A stretch of DNA of 64,000 nt from an uncultured Francisellaceae bacterium (GTDB lineage: Bacteria > Pseudomonadota > Gammaproteobacteria > UBA6186 > Azoamicaceae): contig CAIVQA010000053.1 in the NCBI GenBank assembly GCA_903907935.1, positions 176-64,175 on the forward strand. Reading direction: 5' to 3'. Shown piece after piece: positions 29,575 through 38,133 of this stretch. Below the pieces are notes generated by a model, which was not told where the DNA came from, did not search any database, and worked only from the letters and a program-made list of their open reading frames with translations. How positions within the stretch are numbered: position 1 is the stretch's first letter; each line of letters opens with the position of its first letter. A program made the translations under genes and the position numbers.

Positions 29575-30366
29575 ATGACTAATAACACACTAAAACTATT
29601 TAAACCTAAACTCTTCCAAAAATTAGCAACTACTTTAACAACGGCTACAGCATTAACTTGTATGCCAGTGGCAAGTTGTTACGCTATAAGTTTTACGCTA
29701 AAACCTTTTGTTGGGGTAGATATTGGCGGTAGAACTTTACAATTTGAAGATGGATACGGTAAAAATCATTTTGCTGGCCATTATTACCATGCTAGCCCTT
29801 ACATTGGAATACAATTGTTAGAACATTTAGGGTTACAAATAGGATACGAAACAAGTGACAAAAGAAGCAATGTAAAAATTTATAATACTAATCAACAAGT
29901 TTTAGGAACATCCCAAATAACTAATCCATTAAGATTTTCATCAACCGCAAAAATAAATGGGGAATTTTTAGGAATATCTGTAAATACCGATTCTGTTTGG
30001 CTGCAACATCATATCCCAATGGATTTTTCTTTACTTGCCGGAGTAGCATCATTAAAACTAAAAACGTCTCATACTGAATTTACTGGTAACGCCCTTACAG
30101 TCGTCCCAGCAGGAGGAGCCTATATTACTGAAAATATTAATACTCCCAAAAAAATCTGCCCCAAAATAGCTATTGCAGCTAAATTTTTTGTTTCTAAGAT
30201 AGATGGGCTAGCTTTTAAAATAGTTTATGGGTGGGAAAAAACTTCAAATCTAAAAGAACAACAAATTACTAAAGTAATAACAACAGCTGCCATCCCAAAT
30301 AAATTAATGACAATTCAATTAAAAAATTCTCATTATATAACTCTAGGGCTCTATTACTCCTTATAG
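29575..30366 (+). CDS. putative outer-membrane beta-barrel protein, paralogue 2
   Basis: About 45% identical by eye to the upstream ORF (GYGKNHFAGHYYHASPY / GLQIGYETSDKRSN / AKINGEFLG / CPKIAIAAKF / KNSHY). Confidence 0.55.
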   Translation: MTNNTLKLFKPKLFQKLATTLTTATALTCMPVASCYAISFTLKPFVGVDIGGRTLQFEDGYGKNHFAGHYYHASPYIGIQLLEHLGLQIGYETSDKRSNVKIYNTNQQVLGTSQITNPLRFSSTAKINGEFLGISVNTDSVWLQHHIPMDFSLLAGVASLKLKTSHTEFTGNALTVVPAGGAYITENINTPKKICPKIAIAAKFFVSKIDGLAFKIVYGWEKTSNLKEQQITKVITTAAIPNKLMTIQLKNSHYITLGLYYSL

Positions 30367-30455
30367 GAACATGCACAAATTTTAAAATGTTAAAGTTATT
30401 TCGTGCATATTCTACAATATAGAGACTCATTCCTTCAAAACTAATTTATAGGTGG

Positions 30456-30583
30456 TTAGGAACAGGCACCCCTTAATCTTCAGCATTTATGGTAAATTGA
30501 CCAGAAAGTTAAACTAGAAATACCGTAAAAAGATAATCTGGTCAATTTCAAAATGCAGAAGCTTAAGGGGTGCCTGTTCCTAA
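30456..30583 (+). repeat. family-B palindromic element without module C (copy B2)
   Basis: Termini TTAGGAACAGGCACCCCTTAA and TTAAGGGGTGCCTGTTCCTAA. The inner hairpin GGTAAATTGACCAG...CTGGTCAATTTC is shared with B1. Confidence 0.85.
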
Positions 30584-30591
30584 CGTCCCTT

Positions 30592-32133
30592 TTAGGATTC
30601 AAGTTGTTCAATTTTACCATCAAAATTAGATATTAATTGCTGTAAATCTTGATCATTATTAACAAAATTTCGTAATTCAAATTGTTTTTTAGCTCTAACC
30701 GTTGAACTTAATAAATCTTGATTTTTTTGAAAATTTTGCAATTCTACCTTTAAACTAATTTCTCTAGCAAAATATTTACTAAAAGCTATTTGTAAATTTT
30801 CGATATTATTTTTAGTAATCAACATTTTTTTATTTTCATCCATGATAAGTCTAATATTGTTATCATTAATTAATTCAAACACGGAGTTTTCAGCCAACTC
30901 TTTGGTTAAACCAGAAAAATTTAATTGACTAATAATTTCAGAAAAATCTACTACAGTATTTTTAACCAACTCTTTATCTTTAGTTACATTTACATCAGAA
31001 ACATTAACCATTACATCCTTAGCTGCTATCTCGTTCACTTTTACTGGAACAAACGCTACCATACGTAACATTGTCATCTCAAAACTAACTTTACAGTCTG
31101 GAGTAAATGCTAAATTTTTAAAACCGTTAACTGCTATTTCGTAATATAATTGTACTTCTTCTTTGGTTGCCATATTAGCTAAATTTAATAACAAATTTTT
31201 ATGTAAAATAATTGGATCTGATAACGCTTGAGGCAGAATTTGTAAAATTGCAACATTTTTTAACATCACTTGTATTTCTTGCAATATTATAGATAAATCA
31301 AAATTAGCCTCTACCAAGCTGTTTACTATAGCTAAAATTTCTTCCAGCTCTCCCTTAAAAACTGCCGTTAACAAATTAATAATTTGTAGAGGATCTGGGA
31401 CCCCTAACACAGAACATACACCTAATTTAGTTATTTTTTCAGCATGTTCACTAAAAGCTAAAACTTGTTCTAATAAACTTAATGCATCTCTCATGCTACC
31501 ATTAGCCGCTATCGCTATTTGCAAAATAGCACTTTGTTCAAATAATTTATTTTCTGCAAATAAAATTTTCTCTAGTTGTTCAACAAGTGCAGCACTAGGA
31601 AACATTTTTAATTTAAACTGTAAACATCTAGACAATACTGTTATTGGTAATTTTTGTGGATCAGTAGTTGCTAATAAAAATTTAACGTGAGTTGGAGGTT
31701 CTTCTAAGCTTTTTAATAATGCATTAAAACTATGCATCGATAGCATATGCACTTCATCTATTATATAAATTTTAAACCTAGCCATGCTTGGAGCATATGT
31801 TAAATTATCTAGTACAACTCTAGTATCTTCAACCTTAGTTCTAGATGCCGCGTCTATCTCTATAACATCTACACAATTACCATTAGTAACCGCTTGACAT
31901 AAGGTACAAGTATTACACGGCTGCGATGATATACCTTGTTCGCACACTAAAGATTTAGCTAAAATTCTAGCAATAGTAGTCTTACCTACTCCTCTAGTAC
32001 CAGTAAATAAATAAGCATGATGTAATTTTTGACTATCTAAAGAATGTTGTAAAACTTTAATAGTTGGAATTTGAACAGCAACCTCACTAAAATCTTTAGG
32101 TCGCCATTTTCTAGCTAAAACTTGATAAACCAT
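30592..32133 (-). CDS. dnaX: DNA polymerase III subunit gamma/tau
   Basis: ARKWRPKDFSEV, GTRGVGKTT, a zinc module (CNTCTLC) and IIDEVHMLS. Confidence 0.95.
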   Translation of the reverse strand: MVYQVLARKWRPKDFSEVAVQIPTIKVLQHSLDSQKLHHAYLFTGTRGVGKTTIARILAKSLVCEQGISSQPCNTCTLCQAVTNGNCVDVIEIDAASRTKVEDTRVVLDNLTYAPSMARFKIYIIDEVHMLSMHSFNALLKSLEEPPTHVKFLLATTDPQKLPITVLSRCLQFKLKMFPSAALVEQLEKILFAENKLFEQSAILQIAIAANGSMRDALSLLEQVLAFSEHAEKITKLGVCSVLGVPDPLQIINLLTAVFKGELEEILAIVNSLVEANFDLSIILQEIQVMLKNVAILQILPQALSDPIILHKNLLLNLANMATKEEVQLYYEIAVNGFKNLAFTPDCKVSFEMTMLRMVAFVPVKVNEIAAKDVMVNVSDVNVTKDKELVKNTVVDFSEIISQLNFSGLTKELAENSVFELINDNNIRLIMDENKKMLITKNNIENLQIAFSKYFAREISLKVELQNFQKNQDLLSSTVRAKKQFELRNFVNNDQDLQQLISNFDGKIEQLES

Positions 32134-32170
32134 ATTCTATCTATGTTATTACATAAGGGGTTAGGTAGGA

Positions 32171-32276
32171 GGCACCCCAAAGACCCTACTTGACACACAT
32201 TAAGTTGCTACCGTTGCTCCCTTCCGGGTCTAGCGGGGTTTACAACATCCTGTTGCTAAGAAGCCAATGGGTTGCC
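32171..32276 (-). ncRNA. ffs: signal recognition particle 4.5S RNA
   Basis: The reverse complement reads GGCAACCC..GUAAACCCCGCUAGACCCGGAAGGGAGCAACGGUAGCAAC..GGGGUGCC. This matches the conserved domain IV of E. coli 4.5S RNA (GGUCCGGAAGGAAGCAGCCAAGGCAG). The 5' and 3' ends pair. It sits in the usual position upstream of dnaX. Ends are accurate to about 5 nt. Confidence 0.85.
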
Positions 32277-32319
32277 ATAAAATCATTATTAGTATACTGT
32301 AATAAAATTTAAAAGTGAA

Positions 32320-33213
32320 ATGGATCTTATGCATAAAATAAAAAAAGCCGTATTCCCGGTAGCTGGAATTGGCAGCAGATTTTTACCTGCCACCAAAGCA
32401 ACCCCTAAAGAGATGCTACCTATTGTTGATAAACCTTTAATTCAATATGCAGTAGAAGAAGCTATTGATGCCGGAATTTCTGAATTAATATTTATAACTA
32501 GTAGTACCAAACGCACTATAGAAGATCATTTTGATACCAATATCGAATTAGAAAGAAATTTAGAACGTCATAAAAAATTCGAAGTTTTAGCTACCGTAAA
32601 AAAAATTATCCCACCAAATGTAACTTTTATTTATATCCGACAAATGCAACCTCTCGGGTTAGGACATGCTATTTGGTGCGCTAAAAGTGTAGTTGGTAAC
32701 GAACCATTTGCTGTACTCTTAGCTGATGATTTAATAGTAACCAACAATAAAAATTCTTGCTTAAAACAAATGATAGAAAAATATAATCAAGTAAAATCCA
32801 GCATTGTTGCAATAGAACATTGCAACAAAGAAGAAGTGTTTAATTATGGTATTGTAGGAGTAGATCAAAACTTTAATAATTTTGGTAAAATTAATAATAT
32901 TATTGAAAAACCAAAAATCCAAGATGCCCCTTCAAACTTAGCAGTAATTGGTAGATATATTTTATCCCCTAATATCTTTAATTATTTGGATAATGCTCAA
33001 AAAACTTTTAATAAAGATCAAAATTTAGAAATACAAATAACCTCTGCAATTTCCTCTTTATTAAATCAAGAAGACGTGTATGCGTTAAGTTTCGATGGAA
33101 TTAGATACGATTGCGGACAAAAATTAGGTTACTTACAAGCAATTGTAGCTATGGCATTAAAACATCCTACTGTTGGTGAAAATTTTAAAAAATATTTAGG
33201 TTCTATATGCTAA
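32320..33213 (+). CDS. galU: UTP--glucose-1-phosphate uridylyltransferase
   Basis: KAVFPVAGIGSRFLPATKATPKEMLPIVDKPLIQY. The stop codon lies inside the left terminus of element A5. Confidence 0.94.
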   Translation: MDLMHKIKKAVFPVAGIGSRFLPATKATPKEMLPIVDKPLIQYAVEEAIDAGISELIFITSSTKRTIEDHFDTNIELERNLERHKKFEVLATVKKIIPPNVTFIYIRQMQPLGLGHAIWCAKSVVGNEPFAVLLADDLIVTNNKNSCLKQMIEKYNQVKSSIVAIEHCNKEEVFNYGIVGVDQNFNNFGKINNIIEKPKIQDAPSNLAVIGRYILSPNIFNYLDNAQKTFNKDQNLEIQITSAISSLLNQEDVYALSFDGIRYDCGQKLGYLQAIVAMALKHPTVGENFKKYLGSIC

Positions 33214-33352
33214 TCATATATGAGGTTTCAGTGCTCTAAAAAACAAGGAGTGTTGTTTGAGCCTCATTGGTCTCTAGTTGTCTTTGCTTTGCGAAAGGCG
33301 AGTTTCACGACTTGTTTTTTAGAGCACTGAAACCTCATATATGATTAGTATA
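33204..33352 (+). repeat. family-A palindromic element, short form (copy A5)
   Basis: Both arms read CTAATCATATATGAGGTTTCAGTGCTCTAAAAAACAAG, a perfect mirror with copy-private changes. Its two ends supply the stop codons of galU and of the glycosyltransferase. Confidence 0.9.
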
Positions 33353-34543
33353 CAACTCTAACATCTTCGGAAAAATAACTTGAGCAGAAAATTTATTACA
33401 AGCTTTTTCCCTACCTAAGATGCCCATTTTACTCATCAAAAGTTGATCTTGCATAAGATCTAATAAGGCATTTGCTAAAGCTTCACTGTTTTGTTTAGGA
33501 ACCAAATACCCATTCACTCCATGTTCAACTATTTCTCTACAACCAGGTACATCGGTAGTAACAATAGCTCTAGCACACAGTGCTGCTTCTAATAAACTTT
33601 TTGGTAACCCTTCTCGATAAGAAGGCAGCACTGCAATATGACAATTATCATATGCTCCAATTACATCATAACAAAAATTTTTCCAAAGGATTAATCCATC
33701 CTTTTGCCACTCATCAAGCATAGCATAGTCTATTGAAGCTGGATTTTTAGGATCAATATCACCATATAAAATAAATTCTGGATTAATAAATAAATTATGT
33801 TTTTTTATATGATCTTTTATATACTTTGCTGCACTAACAAATTCTGCTATTCCTTTAGTCCAAAGCAATCTAGAAACTAAAATAATTCTAATAATATTAT
33901 TAGAATTAGAAAAATCTAATGGTTGTACCGAAAAATATGGCTCTGTAACAATACCAGAACCAGGTATTATTGCTGATTTAATATTTAAATTAGTAAAATC
34001 TACCTGTTTTTTTAAAATTTCTAGATCATCTTTATTTTGTAACAGTAAAATTTGATTATTATTTTTATTGTTAAAAATAAATTTTAAAACTTTATTAACA
34101 AAAAATTTTAAAATTTTTTGTTTTAAATTTAATATTATATTTTTTAACCAAAAATTATATTTAGCTGGAGTAAATACAAATCCTAACCCTCCTAATGCAT
34201 TAATTATACATTTAACTTTAGTAATATTAGCAATTATTGTGCCATATATAACAGGTTTTATAGCTACATGATGAACTATATCTGGTTTAAATGTTTTATA
34301 AATATTATACAACTCTTTAAGAGCTAAAATTTCTTTAAATGGATTTATATAACTAGCTCTGCAAAAAAAATTTAATTCAAATAATTGTAATTTTTGGTTA
34401 TTGATTATTGCTTTGTATTTACTTTTAGAACATTTAGTTGCGACTGCTACTTCATAACCCTGCTGTTTTAAAAAAGTAGCTAATTCCAATCTATGGGAAC
34501 AAAAATAATGATCTTCTGCTACAACGTATAGTATTTTTTTCAT
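33335..34543 (-). CDS. glycosyltransferase family 4 (GT-B, group 1)
   Basis: 402-aa ORF with C-terminal EGLPKSLLEAALCARAIVTTDVPGCREIVEHGVNGYLV. The last five codons and the stop lie in the A5 terminus. Confidence 0.85.
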   Translation of the reverse strand: MKKILYVVAEDHYFCSHRLELATFLKQQGYEVAVATKCSKSKYKAIINNQKLQLFELNFFCRASYINPFKEILALKELYNIYKTFKPDIVHHVAIKPVIYGTIIANITKVKCIINALGGLGFVFTPAKYNFWLKNIILNLKQKILKFFVNKVLKFIFNNKNNNQILLLQNKDDLEILKKQVDFTNLNIKSAIIPGSGIVTEPYFSVQPLDFSNSNNIIRIILVSRLLWTKGIAEFVSAAKYIKDHIKKHNLFINPEFILYGDIDPKNPASIDYAMLDEWQKDGLILWKNFCYDVIGAYDNCHIAVLPSYREGLPKSLLEAALCARAIVTTDVPGCREIVEHGVNGYLVPKQNSEALANALLDLMQDQLLMSKMGILGREKACNKFSAQVIFPKMLELYTNHI

Positions 34544-34607
34544 TTTGCGTGTATCTACATTAATTTTAATAACATTTTAATGATATTTTGCACTATATTT
34601 ATAAATT

Positions 34608-35132
34608 ATGCATTATCAAAAATACCAAAAAAAATCTGCTTTCTCTTTAATAGAGTTAATGGTAGCCATAGGAGTGATTGCCGTATTAACAGCAATAGCA
34701 ACTCCCATTTATGTAAATTATACAATTAAAGCTAATGTATCCTCTGCTTTACCAATATTAGAAGGATTAAAGACTCAAATTAGTGAATACTATACTGCCA
34801 ATGGTAGTTTTCCTACTAGTTTTTGCACTACAAGTGTAACTACTGGTTGTATAAATTCCTCCTCCTATAGTGATGGTAAATTTATTGGTGGCTCTAGCTT
34901 ATCAACTTCTTGTCCTGCATTAACTGGCGTTACTGGTACTGTATTAGGTTGCGCACAAGTTACATTTAATAATCCAAATCAATCTAATTATCCATTAAAT
35001 GGTACTGTATTATCCTTTATTGCTATCGATGGTGGATCTGCTATCCAATGGATCTGCTCTGGTGGTAGTGGTGCTAATTCTGTTCCTACTATATATCTAC
35101 CTAAATCTTGCCAAAATCCCACGCCACCCTAA
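34608..35132 (+). CDS. type IV pilin (PilA/PilE family)
   Basis: Leader MHYQKYQKKSA followed by FSLIELMVAIGVIAVLTAIATPIY, plus a C-terminal disulfide region (WICSG...LPKSC). Position -1 is Ala instead of the usual Gly. Confidence 0.88.
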   Translation: MHYQKYQKKSAFSLIELMVAIGVIAVLTAIATPIYVNYTIKANVSSALPILEGLKTQISEYYTANGSFPTSFCTTSVTTGCINSSSYSDGKFIGGSSLSTSCPALTGVTGTVLGCAQVTFNNPNQSNYPLNGTVLSFIAIDGGSAIQWICSGGSGANSVPTIYLPKSCQNPTPP

Positions 35133-35187
35133 CGCTCGCCCTTCGGGCTTGTTGCACACGTCAAAAATATCTATCCTGATATTTTTT
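35133..35187 (-). repeat. module C, truncated copy C3 inside A6
   Basis: GCTCGCCCTTCGGGCTTGTTGCACACGTCAAAAATATCTATCCTGATATTTTTT. The hairpin AAAAATATC/GATATTTTT carries a compensated change relative to the other copies. Confidence 0.8.
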
Positions 35188-35293
35188 CGTGAAACTCGCT
35201 TTTCGCAAAGCAAAGATCAACTAGAGAACCAAAGAGGCTCAAACAACACTCCTTGTTTTTTAAAGCACCAAAAACTCATGTACGATTAGTATA
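35133..35293 (-). repeat. family-A element, long form, truncated at one end (copy A6)
   Basis: Starts inside module C immediately after the pilin stop. The intact right arm is CTTGTTTTTTAAAGCACCAAAAACTCATGTACGATTAGTATA; the left arm is missing. Confidence 0.85.
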
Positions 35294-37383
35294 ACTTTAA
35301 AATATACTTTCCTCTCCACTTGCATTATCACCACTAACACTAGGTGCAACTTCTTTTGGCACAGTTTCTTCGGTAAAAATTTCATAATACTATCTTTTTG
35401 ATCTGGTCTAGCTAATAACCCAGTTGCTGGATCAATTTTTACGGTAACCAAACCTGGTGGTTGTGGTGGTGAATTTTCTGGTCTTCCAGGCAATACTTGT
35501 TCCATAAAATAGATCCACATAGGTAGCGCAGTCTGAACTGCATATTCATGCATTGATTTTGGCTCATCAAACCCAACCCAAGTAGTTACGACCAAATCTC
35601 GATTATAGCCAGTATACCAAGCATCTACATGATCATTAGTAGTGCCAGTTTTTCCTGCTAAATCTTTTCTACCTAACTGCATAGCTTTTTTGCCAGTACC
35701 ATTGGTAATGGCATCTTTCAACAGTGATGTAATTAAATAAGCAATTTGCGGTTTTATAACAGGAATTTTTTCTGATGGTGTAACATTAAATAAAATATTA
35801 CCCTGATAATCATAGATACTATCTATAAAGTATGGAGTAATTCTATAGCCACCATTAGGAAACACACTAAAGCCTGCAGCTAATTCTAATGGTGTTACCA
35901 AATTAGTTCCTAATGCTAAAGATAAAGTTTTTGGTAATTTTTGCGCAGAAAAACCACACTTCTCTATAAATTCTACTGCCTTATCTATACCTAATTCTTG
36001 TAACAAACGTATAGTAACTAAATTTCTAGATTTAATAATGCCTGTTCTTAAACTAGTTGGCCCATAAAATTTTTTAGTAGAATTTTGTGGGCGCCAATCA
36101 TCCATAAATAATGAACCTTCTTGAACAATAGGAGCATCGTTAATTATCGTTGCAGCAGTAAAGCCATTCTCTAAAGCAGCACCATAAATAAATGGTTTAA
36201 AATTAGATCCTGGTTGTCTTTCAGCTTGAATAGCCCGATTAAAAGCACTTTTTTTAAAATTAAAACCACCAACTAATGATAAAATTGCACCACTATCTGG
36301 GTGAATCGCAACTAATGCACCCTCTATCTCTGGTGCTCCAATTACTTCTGGTGTTTGAACAACATTAGATAATGATTCATTTGCTACTTCATTTTCCTCG
36401 TCTTCGTCGTTATTAATCGCAGTTTTTTCAGCTTTATGACGTTGATCATACTCCAATAAAGCTTTAGATAAAGCAACATTAGCTGCAACTTGCATATTGC
36501 TATCTATAGTAGTTATAACTTCATAACCTCTATCGTAAATTTCTTCTCCAAATCGATCGACTAATTCTTGCCTAACTACCTCAGCAATATAAGGCGCTTC
36601 TAATTCTATTGTTTTGCCATGATAAGTAGCTTCTATAGGTTCTCTATTAGCTTCTACATATTGTTGTTCATTGATATAGTGATGCGCTAACATATTATCT
36701 AGTACATGGGAACGTCGTTTTAAAGCAGCTTGTGGAGAATTAATTGGATTTTTTGCAGATGGAGCCTGCGGCAGTCCAGCTAGCATTGCCATTTGTGCCA
36801 AAGATAATTGATTTACTGGCACCCCATAATACACTTCTGCAGCAGCTGCTATCCCATAAGCATGTTTACCAAAATAAATTTTATTTAGATATAATCCTAA
36901 TATCTCATGTTTACTAAGTTCTTTTTCAATTTTAAGAGCTAATAAAATTTCATTAATTTTTCGTAAATAAGTTTTTTTTCGTGTTAAGAAAAAATTCCTA
37001 GCAACTTGCATAGTTATGGTACTACCACCCTGATCTTTAACCCCAGTTACAATTAAAGAAACTGTTGCACGTATTAATCCCCTAATATCAACGCCTGGAT
37101 GTTGGAAAAATCTATTATCTTCAATAGCAATAACTGCATTTATCAGGTCTTGTGGAATTTGTTCTAAAGATATAGGCGAGCATCTTTTATCCCCATATTC
37201 AGCCATTAGCTTGCGATCGTAAGAATAAATTCGCAATGGTACCTGTAATTTTACATCTTTTAAAACTGCGACTGTTGGTAGTTTAGAATCTAAATTAACA
37301 ATTATCCCTAATACCAAGAAAAACGCCATTAAAAATATGGTTGTTAAAATTTTATATTTAATTTTTATTTTCATCCTGGCCAT
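35260..37383 (-). CDS. mrcA: penicillin-binding protein 1A (3' end apparently frameshifted into element A6)
   Basis: Glycosyltransferase motifs AIEDNRFFQHPGVD and GGSTITMQVARN, and transpeptidase motifs SNFKPFIY, SRN and KTGTTND. The last roughly 45 residues (MKFLPKKLCQKK...HEFLVL) look non-native. Confidence 0.9.
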   Translation of the reverse strand: MARMKIKIKYKILTTIFLMAFFLVLGIIVNLDSKLPTVAVLKDVKLQVPLRIYSYDRKLMAEYGDKRCSPISLEQIPQDLINAVIAIEDNRFFQHPGVDIRGLIRATVSLIVTGVKDQGGSTITMQVARNFFLTRKKTYLRKINEILLALKIEKELSKHEILGLYLNKIYFGKHAYGIAAAAEVYYGVPVNQLSLAQMAMLAGLPQAPSAKNPINSPQAALKRRSHVLDNMLAHHYINEQQYVEANREPIEATYHGKTIELEAPYIAEVVRQELVDRFGEEIYDRGYEVITTIDSNMQVAANVALSKALLEYDQRHKAEKTAINNDEDEENEVANESLSNVVQTPEVIGAPEIEGALVAIHPDSGAILSLVGGFNFKKSAFNRAIQAERQPGSNFKPFIYGAALENGFTAATIINDAPIVQEGSLFMDDWRPQNSTKKFYGPTSLRTGIIKSRNLVTIRLLQELGIDKAVEFIEKCGFSAQKLPKTLSLALGTNLVTPLELAAGFSVFPNGGYRITPYFIDSIYDYQGNILFNVTPSEKIPVIKPQIAYLITSLLKDAITNGTGKKAMQLGRKDLAGKTGTTNDHVDAWYTGYNRDLVVTTWVGFDEPKSMHEYAVQTALPMWIYFMEQVLPGRPENSPPQPPGLVTVKIDPATGLLARPDQKDSIMKFLPKKLCQKKLHLVLVVIMQVERKVYFKVILIVHEFLVL

Positions 37384-37519
37384 AATAATTTTTTGGTAAT
37401 CACTTTATAAGCTAAATAACATAAACAATCCAATAAAAAATTATACCTAAGCTATTTACATATTGCTAGACCATTGGTTTTTGCGTAACATATAGCATAT
37501 AAATTTTGGAGATCAAACA

Positions 37520-37837
37520 ATGTATGCAGTAATAGTGGCTGGTGGTAAACAATACCGTGTTCAAAAAAATAGCTATATTTTGGTAGAAAAACAAGATAAA
37601 GAACTTGGTAGTGTTATAGATTTTACCAATATATTATTAGCTTCAAATGGAGAAAAAGTATTTATCGGGGAACCGTATATTCCTAACTGTACTGTTAAGG
37701 CTACAGTAGAAGCCCATGGTAGGCATGATAAAATAAAGATCCTTAAGTTTAAACGTCGTAAACACCATATGAAACATATGGGACATAGACAATGGTTTAC
37801 TAAACTTAAGATTAACGAAATTAATTTGGGAGCTTAA
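37520..37837 (+). CDS. rplU: 50S ribosomal protein L21
   Basis: [17 protein letters not shown]..., 105 aa. Confidence 0.96.
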   Translation: MYAVIVAGGKQYRVQKNSYILVEKQDKELGSVIDFTNILLASNGEKVFIGEPYIPNCTVKATVEAHGRHDKIKILKFKRRKHHMKHMGHRQWFTKLKINEINLGA

Positions 37838-37842
37838 ATAAG

Positions 37843-38133
37843 ATGGCACATAAGAAAGCTGGTGGTAGTACCAGAAATGGTAGAGATTCTAATCCAAAAT
37901 ATTTAGGTATTAAACGTTTTGGTGGACAACTAGTAAAAGCTGGAGAAATTATAGTTCGCCAACGTGGAACCAAATTTCACCCAGGAACTAATGTAGGGTT
38001 AGGTAAGGATTTTACTATATTTGCTAAAGTAGCTGGATTTGTAAAATTCATGAAAAAAAAGGTATCCATGGGTATTAATTGCACCAAAGTAAGAAAGTAC
38101 ATTAGTATCGTCCCCGCTACTACTTCCCACTAA
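37843..38133 (+). CDS. rpmA: 50S ribosomal protein L27
   Basis: [40 protein letters not shown]. The last codons (..TTSH) and the stop lie in the A7 terminus. Confidence 0.96.
   Translation: MAHKKAGGSTRNGRDSNPKYLGIKRFGGQLVKAGEIIVRQRGTKFHPGTNVGLGKDFTIFAKVAGFVKFMKKKVSMGINCTKVRKYISIVPATTSH

Noticed and set aside
30391-30409. 17-nt identity (TAAAGTTATTTCGT.CA) between the spacer after the OMP paralogue and the dsbB 3' end (21038..21055)
   Set aside because: It is a single short match in AT-rich sequence, one copy is coding, and there is no flanking similarity. It is most likely coincidence.
30722-30728. A7 run (CAA AAA AAT) in dnaX as a possible programmed -1 frameshift site producing the gamma subunit
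   Set aside because: It lies about 40 codons from the C-terminus rather than at the domain III/IV boundary. It is not the canonical A AAA AAG heptamer, and I saw no downstream stem-loop. It is probably just AT-rich coding sequence.
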